This document shows positions 42,851 through 55,720 of a stretch of DNA of 64,000 nt, piece by piece. Source of the stretch: Lama guanicoe (lineage: Eukaryota). The notes below the pieces were generated by a model. It did no database searches. It had not been told where the DNA came from and was given only the letters and a program-made list of their open reading frames with translations. The position numbers and the translations under genes are program-made. The stretch covers positions 1,364,001-1,428,000 of the forward strand of contig MU054323.1 in the NCBI GenBank assembly GCA_013239625.1, given 5' to 3'. How positions within the stretch are numbered: position 1 is the first letter of the stretch; each line of letters starts with the position of its first letter.

Positions 42851-43118
42851 TCCAGGGACCCTAGATTTTCTATGGGATTCCCAATCTGCAGCAGAGACTT
42901 ACCGGAGCGTGTAGCGGCGGCTGCTGGGCTTGCAAGGCGCTATCCAAGAGAGATTTAAGCAGCCTAGAGCTCCAGAGGGAAAAAAAAACGCGAGAGGACC
43001 ACACAGAGAGACGGCTTAACAGTTTATCTGAATTGAATATATACATACATATATTTACTTATAAAGAACTATTGAGTTTTATCGTTTTCGTTAAGTGACC
43101 GGGCGCAGCGCTATAACT
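42835..43118 (+). other. VSNL1: VSNL1 (visinin-like 1) non-coding exon 1 / 5' UTR; start approximate
   Basis: The stretch cctgcgcatccagctccagggaccctag...gggattcccaatctgcagcagaga...ttttcgttaagtgaccgggcgcagcgctataact matches my recollection of the human VSNL1 5' UTR. Consensus donor GTAAGT at 43119. Head-to-head synteny with RAD51AP2. Confidence 0.85.
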
Positions 43119-45246
43119 GTAAGTGGAAAATACAATCTTCGTTGCATTTCTGCATATGTAGTGCAGCCAGTTGTCTGGGAGATGCTTTGACTATTGTCAC
43201 ATACTTCGCTTTGCATAGATACATCTAAATGCATGCTGCCTATTGCTTTGGTTAATGCTGGTGATCTGAACGTGCTGTTAGTCCATGGGGGACCTTTTGG
43301 AATCATGGGGGAAGGGGAGTGTTAATATGCGGCGTGTTTGGGGGATTGTCTCAGGCTAGATTTAAGGTAGGTGAAACAGAGGTGCTTTTTAAAGTTTGTC
43401 TATAAATAGGAAGATTTCCTTACACAGATTTAAGTCGCTAATTGACCGATTGGGAAGTTTTCTGGTTGCTGATAAAACTATTGAAAGTCGCAGTCAAGTA
43501 CCAACCTGTCATCCGTGGGGCTGGTGCACCATTTTTCTCACCGTGGAAGAGCAGCGAACGTGTTTGCTAAGTAAAACTGAGTGGACGAGATGGTGTGGAA
43601 ACCAGGGTTGGTTTCCAAGTGGGATGCCAGTGTCTAGAACCACAGAGCTAGGCGCAAAATAAGTACATTTCTCCTTTAGTATTTAGAATGGGTAGATAAT
43701 TTTTCGGCTTTAATTTTTCGTCACGATGGTGAGTGGGCAGAAAAAGGAAAGATGTTCAACCGCCCGGTCAGCCGTCTATTTTGAACAGTCTGAGATTCAG
43801 AGCCGCCGAATGGAGACCGTCAGACCCAAACTAGTTACCTGCTTTTTCATCCCGTATTCGAATTCTTGAATGCAGGGTTGAAAAATGTAAACCTAGATGT
43901 TTTACCTTTGGTAGTGTTTCTTGAAAGGAGAAAAGGTCTTTTTGTGTTTTGAGTTAAGAAAGGGAAGCAGGGTCTTTGCAAGGTCAAACCCCTTGTGGAA
44001 ATCAGGGGCGCTGGTGAATTGGGGGAGGGGGCAGGAAACGGTGATGCTCCGTGTGAGTGCTCAGCACTGCCCGATCGATCGGTGCCCTGTGAGATGCCAG
44101 AGTGGGAATCCATTTTTCTAGAGTTACCCTCCTGTCCATATTTTGGAGACTGAATTGAAATGGAAATGCTAGTGGGTGTAGAAAGAACATATGTATACTG
44201 TCTGTGTATTACATCCCACTTGAAGACAAGAGGAGCAAGGGAGTTGTATTTCTACATATTAATTTTTTTTTTAATTTAAAGGAATTTCACATTGAGACAA
44301 ATAAAAAATGAAACTCTTGGAAAAACCCATTTTACCCTCACTACCATTTAAACTGCCTACGTGCGTTTGTTGTCGTTGGAGGGGGGAGGAGGGGGTCCTG
44401 CATCATTGAACACCTCACTCATGAGTACACTCTCATTAAGCTTGGGTGCTAATAACCCCAGAAAAACGCTGCACTGAAGCCGACTGGCAGAATGGCATGA
44501 GACAGGCGGACAAGAGAGGAGCGTGGCCAGTGTGTGCTGGGTTTCCATGGAAAAAAGCAGATCCAGTTTCTGGCATGAAATGAAATAAATTTTACCCCAA
44601 ATAGGACAGATCATTACAGGACTTTTTTGGCCCTTTAGTCAGTCCAACTGTATGGAACCCTCTGAAGGAATTTTTAATTTATTTAAGTGGATGAAATGTG
44701 ACATAGAAAATTCGAGAATATATTGTCCTTGGAAACCCAAAGTGTAAATCATACCATTTCCCTTTTCCTCCCCTCTTTACTCCAGGGCAGGGGCACCAAT
44801 CATTTGTCATAACTGAGCCATACTCCGTGTCATCACTGAGAGTTGGAATCAGCTCCCTGAAAGGTGCAGGTGTTGCACTGCATTGATAAATAGGTGGTGG
44901 AGCAAGAAGGGGAAACCTGGTATGAAAGCTCATAGACGTTTGCTCTTAGATACCCTGGTTTATAGGCTGACAGTTATAGACGGTCCCATTCCAAAGCGTC
45001 TAACCCAAACCCCTTGTTTCCCAGATGAGGAAATTGAGGCCTGGAGCCATGGAGCTACGAGAAAGTCAATCAACTTCAAGTCTATGAAATAAAGAATTAA
45101 AAAATAATGTTGAGTAGAAATGTTCCCCTCCTCTGCACTTTTAGCATCCTCAGTAACATTGCTGAAGTCTTCAAAATAATTGCCTGTTCCCTAGCACATC
45201 TTTTCAGAGAGTCCCAAGGGGTCCTTTTCACACCATCCCGTATCTC

Positions 45247-45303
45247 TTCTCTGTCTCTGTCTCTGTCTCTGTCTTTCTCTCTTTCTTTTTTTTTTTTTTT
45301 TTT
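45247..45303. repeat. (TCTCTG)n plus poly-T simple repeat
   Basis: ttctctgtctctgtctctgtctctgtctttctctctttc followed by a T run. Confidence 0.8.
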
Positions 45304-48041
45304 GTGAGGACTCTTTCTGTCGCCCCTCACATCTGATATACCCACCTCATTTAGATGTTTAGCCTGGCCCTTCTGACACCTCAGTCAATTTCTTTGCAAT
45401 CCTTGGAGTTTTTGGGGAGAACTGGCAAGCCAGTCTGAATCTTCAGATCCTGTTTGAAAACTGTCCCTGCCCATCTCCGTCCGCTCTCTGCTTTATTCCC
45501 CAGAATCCTCCAGGGAATCCAGCCTTCTGAGACACTGCAGGCATCTTCCCCTCTTTTCTACCTGTCTCATCTCCTCCAGAACTGCTGCAGCTGCAGGCGC
45601 TGGGACGGGGTGCAGTGAGGAAGCTGCAGTGTAAACACACAGTGGGCTCTGCCAGCTCTCCTCTGGCTCCTAGAAGGCAGAACCCAAATCCAAGGTGCTC
45701 AACTGTCTCCAGTCTTGATGGAAATCCTCCAGATGAAGCCACCTGCAGAGAAGGGGATTGAGGGTTGGGCAGGAAGACTGAAAGAAGATGCTTGATTGAT
45801 TCAACCTGCTTCTTTAGAAGCAGGCACTAAAGAAGAGAGCAGAGCAGCTGCTTTTTAAAATCTTTGGCTCTTTCAAAGCTCCATCTTGCTGGACAGGGAC
45901 AACAAAACAGGCAAAAATACCGTCCTAATTCGCCCTTCTCTTTCTTTCCTTTTTTTTGTTTTTCTCTTTTCCATTCATTTGCTTTCTCTATTTCTCCCTC
46001 ATTTTCTCCCTTTCACCCATAAAAATTTCCTGAATGTCTATGCAATAAAGCTCTAGGCCTTTTAAAGATAATGCAGGCATTCCTGTTTCTTCCTCAAAAG
46101 TATAATCTCCTAGGCACTCAAAAAGAGACCAGACCACCACCAGGGTCCCTTTGGGGGAAATGCCAGGAATTCTAACCTGAAAAAGCTGAGGCCTTGGGGG
46201 GAGCTTGAGAAAGACAGGATCTGAGTTTCTTCCTCATTTGAAAGATTAGCTAAATGCCCTTGGAAATTCTTAAGGAAGCCAAGGAAGCAAGGTGGTGAGC
46301 TTCTCAACACATTTCCCAATTAACAATTATTTAACCACTCCCCTCATGGTAAACCTTTACCGAGTTGGGATGAGCTCTGTCTTGGACAGAGTTTGTCCCT
46401 AACAAATGCTCTTGGGTCAGATGACACTTGGTCTTGCTACCCCATTCTGAAAACAGGCATGTCCAAGCTGTTCTGAACACCACATAGCTTCTGCAGACAT
46501 CAGAGACTGGTAGCTGCTAAATATCCTGCCTTGATTTGCTGTGCTTTGAATCTCATTCTGTAATAAGATAGCATGATTAGAATTGTTGTCCTGGGCAAGC
46601 TGTAGGTTTTCTGTTTGGGTTGTGTATAGGTATGCATTCCCAAACATTGCTGAGGAGTTCCCTGGGGACTTTTCATAGAATGACGGTATAGTATCAATAC
46701 CAAATGTGTGGTTTCCTAATTCACAAGAGCAAAATATGTTTAATGTCGTTCTAAAGGTCTTTTTCTTTGTATGAGTGATTTTTATACTCCTATGATTAGT
46801 GATTATTTAGGAAGACAGGGAGTTTCTTCTTACAGAAGGGGTCAAATTCATTTAATCTAAGATTGAAATTGACAATGTGTATCTCAGTTACATTTAGTAG
46901 ACAGAAATAAATTAATTTTCTAACGTATCAAATGGCATAGAGACAACTTTTTTATTTTATTATTTTATTGTATTTTGTTTTATTTTTGAGATAAATTAAT
47001 AAACAATTGATATTTCTGCTATCCTAGTGGTTTATTCACATAATAGAGTATATGTACTGAATGGGATCCATATAAATTACCTAATTCATCCCTTCAGTAC
47101 ATAAAAAACAAAGTGTAGTAAGGAACATTTTTATCTTAAGGACATACCTACGACGTAAAAGCACATTTCACAAAGGCAGAAATTTTAATGATCTTTTTCA
47201 TATTTCCACAGTACCACTACAATGTCTTTTATATTTTATATTAGATACTCTAATATTTCTCAGAGATTTGTTCTAATAAGAATTAGTTATATGTACCTTG
47301 TTAATTATGTTAAGAAATTAAATAATTTCTACTAAAAGCATGTGCACAGTTAACACTGCTTTAAATATCTTTACATTACTAAAAGAAAAAGGACTAAAGT
47401 TTATCTTACAGTTTATTTTCAGTAAAGATATAAAAGCACTATATTAATACCTTTCAGCATGCTTTTTAATCCACTTACAGAGTATACTCCATTTTATCTC
47501 TTGGGTAAAAATATAAATTATTTTTGTATATTTATGAGAATTGATATCCATATGTCAAAGAGGGAATGTAAACCTAGATTATGGTAGATACGTACACCAT
47601 TTATTTAGATCATGGGTCTCTTGAACTATGGAATTATTTGACCGTGTGCACACGGTGAAGGGACCATAACACTGGATTTCTCATTTACAGTTTGTTTCTA
47701 AAGATAGTTTATGCTCTCTTAAGTGAATCAAAATAGTTTGAGTTGCTTCCAGCTTCATTCATTGAGAACTCCACACATGGGATCTTGGGGGTGCTTTAGA
47801 AGCTGCTTAATGAATGAAACAGAAATGGAATAGCACATTACTGAAGAATCCTCAAAGCGGTTTGACACTTTAATAATAAGGTGCCTGTGAATACGTTAAA
47901 GAGATGTTCTATATACCCTTATCAGCTGACTTAAAGCATGCAAGTCAGGCGACTTGTCGTGATCCTTATGTTTTCTCTGGATTTCTCCGTTGCCTTACTT
48001 CACTGCAGTGCTAACACAGATGACTTGCTGTGTTTTTGTTT

Positions 48042-48070
48042 TTGTTGTTGTTGTTGTTGTTGTTGTTGTT
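48042..48070. repeat. (TTG)n microsatellite
   Basis: About 9-10 uninterrupted TTG units. Confidence 0.9.
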
Positions 48071-51000
48071 TTTCGTTTTTTTAAAGACAATGTGCTGCAT
48101 TTCTAACCATTTATTGGATTCTTTTCAGGTGAACAATCTATTTCTTTCTGTTCAAAATTGCAATATAAACTTGGTGTACTCTCATTCAAGTGGCTTTCAA
48201 GCTTAATATATCTAATACAATAATTGCTGAACTTTTTAAAGTAGGGGCTCTCTTAATTTAAAAAGATTTCATTTTTATGAACTTTTACTCATAAAGGCAA
48301 AGTGCTAACAAATTAGTTAAATTTACTTGCAATTGTTGTAGAGCTATAGAATGAATCCAGTTTCTCTTTATTCTTGCTCATATAGGGACTTTTCTGAAAA
48401 CAGGAATCTGTCACTTTAAATGCATTTTTTCTCCTTTCTTTGGATCTTGTTTATTATCTCTTAGGCTCTGAAAGACTATGAACTTTTGAAGAGCTGAATG
48501 TAAATAGATTTTTTGCAAATTATTAACATGTTAAATGTGCTTTGCAGCCTGGGTGAATTTTTTCCAACGCCAACAAGTAGATCCTAATATTTCTGTTGTT
48601 TCAGGCTTTAGAATGTTTATTGCAGTTGAAGACTTCTTAGAATAGTAGATTCTGGTACTACTGGAGTTTCTGGTGTTTTATATTTTGGCTTGGTTTTATT
48701 TATTTGTGACTAGTGTGATTACTTCTGATTTGCTGAAACCCAATCTTAAATAAAAATTTCCCTTTGGAGATCCATTAAGCATTATCAATAAAGTTGATAC
48801 ACTTATTAATACAATATCTTATTTTTAATGTATGAAATAGTGCTATGTAAGTCTGGCTTTCAGTTAACAATTTCTGTTTGTTGGAATTCTTTGGCATTTG
48901 ATGTTACAAGTTAATGAAGGACTATCCATTTTGTTTATTCCAGAAGTTCAAGTGTTTCTGAAATTTATACGTAAGGTGCTTGGTGTTTGCTTTCCTGCTC
49001 ATGTGGGAAATTTCATGAGAAATAAAAAAGAAATTGTGAAATAAGTTTAAACTCTAAGCAAAATTGTTAGTTTTTCTTTTAAATGTTTATGAGTCTTTAT
49101 TCCTCACAGTGAGATGAAAACCATCCATTCAGTTTTCTCCCATCTTTAGTTTGTGAATAGTGAAATTTCTCAGCTCTCACCAAGGTTTCAATTGGCTCAA
49201 AAGAAATTATGAGAGGAAATGTAAGCAGTAGTTTTCAAGCTAGATACACTTAGATAAAAATCCCCAATTCCATAGTCTATTAGTTCTATGACCTTGAATA
49301 AGTTGTTTGACCTCTCAACCTCAGGTTTCATTTAAAATAGCAATTCACAGAATTTGTGAACAGAAAATAGAAGACTATATATGTAAAGAATATAATATAA
49401 TGCCTCATTATTGAAAATGTGTAGTAAATGATAGTTATAATTATCATCATTATCATCCCCCTTTCATCGGAAATCAATAGTTCATGAAGCACTTCCATCT
49501 CTGGGTTGTAGTAATCCCCCTCATAATGGAACCTCTGAACAAGGAATTGAGCTATGACCAGTGAACAGTTAACAGTGCTTAACCTACCTTGTAAAACAAA
49601 TGTCTATTAAGTAAATATGCCAAGCACTGTGTAGTCACTGCGGGATCAACAGTAAATAAGATACAATCTCAGCCTTCAAGGAATTTATGCCTAATGAGAA
49701 AGATAAGTGCAATTCAGTAAAGTCAAATGAAATAAAAAGGTGATGTAGATGCAGAGAAGAGAGAATTTCTAGAAGAAACGCCTACACTGAGACCTCAAAC
49801 TTCCCATTTCTCTTATTCGTTGTTTAAGTGCATCCTCTTTCCATTCTTCCTTTCCTTTGCCATCATCTCCCTACCATATAATACCAGCATATGTTTGGAC
49901 ACAACAGAATACGGAACTGAGAGCACATTTTTAAGCTTGTCTCTTTATTGGATACATTTTAAGATTCTCTATTAATTATTTTCCAATGTGGCTAAATAAT
50001 GTGGCCCTTGTCTCCCACCCAAGCTTCCAGGGGGTCACTGAAACTCAGTGAAAACATTTCAAGAGCCCTGCCTTTGTTTAAATATTATGCGATGATACTT
50101 CTATCCTTTAATAAACTTTCCGAAACAGGAATTTCTTTCTGATAGTCTCCATTCACCTCCCTTATTACTCCAACTAATTTCATGACTAACCTTTCAGTGT
50201 GTATCTGTGGGAGGACTCATATGATCTATTCTTTCATTCTTTCCTCGCAGGGCTTTTATAATGAGGAAAATTTACCGACCAACTCCTCTTTCCTACTGAA
50301 CCAAAAACTTGTTTCTAGCCCCTCTACACGTACGTGCACACAAATCCAAAATGGCCTTATTGTCTTTAGCTTTTCTAAGAGCCTTTTCACTTCTCCCTAG
50401 CTTTTTCCTCCCTCCTCCCAATTCCTGCTCCGTTTACTAGGGGAATTTCAAGTATATTTCTTATCTGTAGATAACAAGGAGCATCCTTTTCTCTCTTTGA
50501 AGTCAACAAAAGTTGCACACAAATTCTGAGGTTCTTTTGTGTAGTTGGAGTCTTGGATGATTCACAGAAATAGGCAGGACTTTTAGTTTTAATTAATTTG
50601 ATAATTAACTTTCTTTTTTTCTCACTTGGGAAATGGGAAAACAGGATAGTATATTTACCTTACAGGAAAATTGAGGACACCGTATATATATTTATATACC
50701 ACCTAAAAGAGCTTTAGTGCATAATAAATAATTCTTCTTTCCCCTCCAGACCTCTACCTTCCCTCCCGCGTTTCACCATTTCTCCTGGTCTCACGTTCTA
50801 AGTGTTCTGCTCTTTCCAAGTATATTTGTCCCAACTTGCTGATGGTTAAATAATAGAGAATACACATATTCCAGGTAGCATGGTGAGTGTGGTCCTGGAG
50901 AAGGTATACTAACTGAATCAACACCCTAGTGTAGACCTGTGTTCCTGAATCTGTTTGGGAAAGTCTTCCATTCATTTAAGACATGCCTCCTACTGAAGTT

Positions 51001-52259
51001 CCCAGAGCTCCTAATGACTAAATGTGCAACCGATGAGCAATCCTCCCCCATCCAGTGATTTACAGGGCTCTTCATAAATTATGTCAGAGCAGATCTGCCA
51101 GCCTTTAATTGTCTTCCACTTTATCCTTCCTTTACCTTTTCCTCCGAGGTGACTTGAGTGCATTTGAAACATTCTGATGACATCCTTACTTCACTTCTTT
51201 GTGTCAGGTCTAGCATTGTCACTTACAGATTTTTTGTCCATCAAATGTCCATCAAGTAACATCAAATAAATGGCAGCAAGGGACTGCTTAGTGGAGCACA
51301 CAGTGCCTGCTGCAGAGCATATTTGAGTCAGGGTTAGCCTCTCAGAGCATTTGTCTGTTTGTCGAAGCGGACACTAATGCCCGTTGGCTAAGAGCGGAGA
51401 ATGGCTCTCAAAGTGGGAGTGAGGGAGTGGTGCACATCCAGACACACACACACACTCAAACACATACATGATACGTACACAGTCAGTTCAATGTATTGTC
51501 ATAGATTATTTTACATTTGTAAGCAAAATACTCAAGAGCAAACAGCTTTACTGTAAATCAGTGCTTGTGAGATGACATTAAAAGGAAGGCCTTTTGAAAG
51601 TTTTCTCATTCTACGTGAAATGGCAGAGTTGAAAAGGAAGGTTTAAATTTGGTGCTAAGGACATTTTAGACATTGTTTCTTTAAGGAATTATTTCCAAGA
51701 CTCTCATAGTTACTTCCCCTCAAGGAGTTCTGTGGAAACCTTTTTTGAGGCAAGTAGTGCTTCCTACATCCCATTCTTAAATATTTTCAGTGCACATTTT
51801 CATATTAATAAGCCTGAGTGGTCCTGTTGTAAAGACCCTAGTATCTGTTCAGCTTTGTTTAATCTTGTTTCCAAACCTGTTTGCACAGAGAACTTATGTT
51901 AAAATATGTTAATTACCATCTCACTGTCGTTCTGAAGACCCTAGTTGGAAAAGAGGGACGAAAACTAAACTGTATGTAATGGAAAGTACACTAAGACTAG
52001 GAGTCCTTAATTGTGCGTTTGAGGCATCACAACTATGCGTTAGTTATTATAAGTGTGAAACCCTGGAAAAGTTGCTTTACTTTTCTGAGTTTTAGTTTTG
52101 TCCTGTGAAAATAAACATGGGACTGCCTACCCTCCCTAGTTAGGAATTATTGTGAGATTGAGATGACTTTGAACATACTCTGTACACCGTATAGTGCCAC
52201 GTAATCGTAAGAAATTTGTGATTGTCATTCAACTTCAGAATTTTAGTTTATCTTTAAAA

Positions 52260-52402
52260 TTTTTAATTAATTAATTAATTAATTTGGGGGGAGGTAATTA
52301 GGTGCATTTGTTTGTTTGTTTATTTAAAGGAGGCACGGGGGATTGAACCCAGGACCTTGTGCATGCTAAGTACACACTCTACCACTGCTATACTCTCCCC
52401 CC
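52260..52402 (-). mobile_element. camelid Vic-1-like tRNA-derived SINE
   Basis: Minus strand starts GGGGGGAGAGTATAGCAGTGGTAGAGTG (A box), has GGTTCAATCC (B box), and ends with the CCTAATTACCTCCCCCC motif and an AT-rich tail. Confidence 0.85.
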
Positions 52403-54374
52403 AGCTTTGATTTAAAATGTGTATAATTTAAGAATCAAAGTATTGATCTTGTGCAGATCATTGCATTGAGGTTATATCTGCTAAAATAAGCCCCCTGTCC
52501 CCTAGCCTCCCCTGTCTCAGGTCCTAGGATAGAATGACAAATATATGGCAACTGTAACCAGGTCTTCACACAGTTAAACTGAAAAAATTATTTTGAAAAA
52601 AAAATTCTGGAAAGAAAACCTAAATTACTTAATATTTGAGAGATATCTTCTCTATTTGTCTCAGGATTTCTTGTGCTGTAGCTGGGTCCACAGCCTTTCT
52701 CAGTGGCGTAAAGATGTCTCAGTTTTCAGAGAGACGCTAGTGGGAAGAAAGGCAACCATGGTCATGCCCGTGTGTTTGTTCCAGCAGGGAAGCTTTGGAA
52801 ATGAGATTTTTATCCTGATGGGGTAGGTCTATGAGGGCAGCTGGGCCTTCATTCCTGGATTCATCATGTGTATATAGATCTGAACAACATAAGGACAGTG
52901 AAAACCGATTGGGGAAAAAGAAGAGACCCACATGTGCATGTGTCCAAAGGGAATCCACTTTGGACAAGCTCTGTGCCTCTCAGTGCAGGCCGACAGGGAC
53001 AATGGCATCTCCTCAGGGACAATGGCAATTATTTCTCGTGAGCTTCCGCGGCCCTGATTATCAAAGTCTGATTCTTCCCTGGGAGTTGTTCCCTACTCAT
53101 TCTAGCTGACAGTTACCTCTCAGGCCTCTTATCACATCTGACTCACAGTCACTTGTGTTTGTGCCAGGTTGCCTATGAAACTGGAAGTCCCTTGAAAGGA
53201 GATATGTCTGATAAATTTTGAGGTCCCCTTTAGAGAGGTGGCCCCCTGGAGGACAGCTGAATAGGAGTAGGAGCAAGTCAACTGCGCATGGCCCCATCAA
53301 TAAATTGTAGAGTTTGCAAATCTCCAGCTATTAAAGACCTCACAGATACCCAGAATTATGAGAAGCAGCACTTGGACATCAGACTCACAAAGGGTGTCGA
53401 TGGCCAGGTCACACTAGTATTAGTGAAGTAAGACTTTCCCATTTCCTGCGTACCCTCCTGTTCTTGCCCCCTCCCTAGAAGCAGCAGAGCAGACAATGGA
53501 GGAGGGATGCAAGCAGGATGAAAAACCAGATTACAACCTCTTCTCCACTGCTTAGTTCAAAAGTGAGCTGAGAAAGGAGAGATTGGGTTGGATATATAGT
53601 GGAAATTTACATTTAAATTAGACTGAATTTGTTAATACCTAGAACCAACCACTTTTCTGATCCCTGAAAGTGACCTGAAAAGATATAGATCGGCCCAATA
53701 TATCATCCCAGAATGGGAAAGGGAGACACAGGAGAGCATATTTGAGGCAGTGATGAGAAAATAAAATCTAGCCAACCCATTCGATACCGGTTATAAAAGG
53801 AACAATACAATATGGCCTATGATTCATTCATAAAACAAGAGATATAGGCCAGAATTGCTGGTATAAGGTATTAGGAAGAAGAAACTGGTGTAAACTGGAG
53901 TGGCACAGGAAGGTGGTCTGGATCCAGGTCACTAATGGTACAGGAGAACCTGGAAAAGAATGATATTCTTCCAAAGAAGTGCTCTATAGATGACCATGGA
54001 CACCGAGGGCTTATCTTATTTATCTTTGGCTCTTAACCACTATCAGATTTATGCGAATGTTGGAAGTTATCTTTAGGTTAAATCAGGAGAGCAAGAAATG
54101 AAAGCAGAGATAATTTATGCGTGGTGATAACATTAAATAGTAATGGTGTAAAGAATTTAGGGTGAGTAGGGCACTGCGTTGCACAGTGACACGTGTTACT
54201 TCATTGAATCCACATTACAGCTCTGCAAGGTAAGTGTCTGCAGAGTCAGTTTCATTTTATGACTAAGAAACTGTGTGTCTCAGAAGGTAATTTGTTCAAG
54301 ATCACACAGCTACTAAGTGATAAAGGAGTTACTTAAATCCAGGACTCTCTCTGCATATCTACACAGGCTTTTTT

Positions 54375-54720
54375 TTTTCCTTTTTTCAAAAAACTTTTTG
54401 TTATAGAAATCATACAAATTTGAAGAGAATCATATAATGAACACCCATGTACCCATCACCCAGCTTTAACCATTATTAAAGCTACTTTGCTTCACTTCCA
54501 TAGCCATCCTTCCCCTCCAATGACTTAAATTAAGACATAATATCATTGCATCTATAAATATTTAAATATATATCTATAAGGACTCTTTAAAACATGTTCA
54601 CAATATTATTATACACCCAAAAAATTACTTACCATCATCAAATACCTAGTCAATGTTCCAAACTCGTAAGTACTGCTATAGTCTATCTGAATCAGGATCC
54701 AAATAAGGTCTAGGCATCCC
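54375..54720 (-). mobile_element. old L1M (L1ME-like) 3' fragment
   Basis: agagaatcatataatgaacacccatgtacccatcacccagctt...gaatcaggatccaaataaggtc. Confidence 0.7.
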
Positions 54721-55519
54721 AGTAGGCTAGCAGATCACGCCTGTTTTATGTAAGACATGCTTTTCACTAGAGGGAAGTATGGTATGGATAAAATGTACAT
54801 GGCTTCAAAGATAATTCTAGATGCTCTGAACAAGTTACCTAACTTTTGGAAAATGAAAAGTATATTCCTGAGATTGACTGCAAGGATTAATAACATAAGG
54901 TCTATAAAAGTACTTAGAACAGTCTCTGGTACAAGGTCTCCAGTGAATATTAGTTTCTTTTCCTAAAAAAAAAAAAAAAAAATTAAAAGAAAAAAATGGA
55001 GCACTAGGCCAAGAAGCTTGAGGAACCTTCTTGGTGTGCTTTGGCTACTGATCTCTTGAGATCACTCTCATTTTGTTTCCGGATTGGAAATTTGACCACC
55101 GTTGTGCCAAAGTGGCTAGTGATTAATGGCTCTGAGTCCTCCCCACTGACATGTTCTGTATGGTTTCCCACATGAAAAGGAAAGAAATTTGTGACGTTAA
55201 AATGATCTCAAATTCAGAAAAATGACAATATTGTAAGATATTTTTAACTTCATGTCAATTAAAAATAATAGAAAAAATTAAAATGTGATATCACGTTAGC
55301 AGAGGTTAATATAACTTTACAGAGGTAGTATAATTTTAAAAACACAAAGAGGCAATTAATGTGATTCAGATTTGAGGGGTTTTTTGTTCCTATGAACTTG
55401 GGCAAGTCACTTTATTCCTCGAGGTCCCGGTTTTCTTAGGGTATGAAATAGAATTTCTGAATAAGATTATCTAAATAACCTAAAGATCAGACATTGGCAA
55501 CATGGGAAAATGGAAATAA

Positions 55520-55720
55520 TATTGAACAATAAATCAGAGCCAAATTTGAATTCTGACTCCGTTTAATGGCTATGTGGCCTTAGGCAAATAATTTAATGTC
55601 TCTGAGCCTCAGTCTTCTCATTTGCCAATTTTAAATTATAACCTGTCTCACAAAATTGTTGTAAAAACCAGAAACAATACATATTAAATGCCTAGCAGAA
55701 ACCTATATTTAATTGATACT
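55520..55720 (+). mobile_element. MIR SINE
   Basis: tttgaattctgactcc...ggctatgtggccttaggcaaataatttaatgtctctgagcctcagtcttctcatt. Confidence 0.8.

Noticed and set aside
52330..52402. tRNA-like A and B boxes
   Set aside because: Head of a SINE; no complete cloverleaf.
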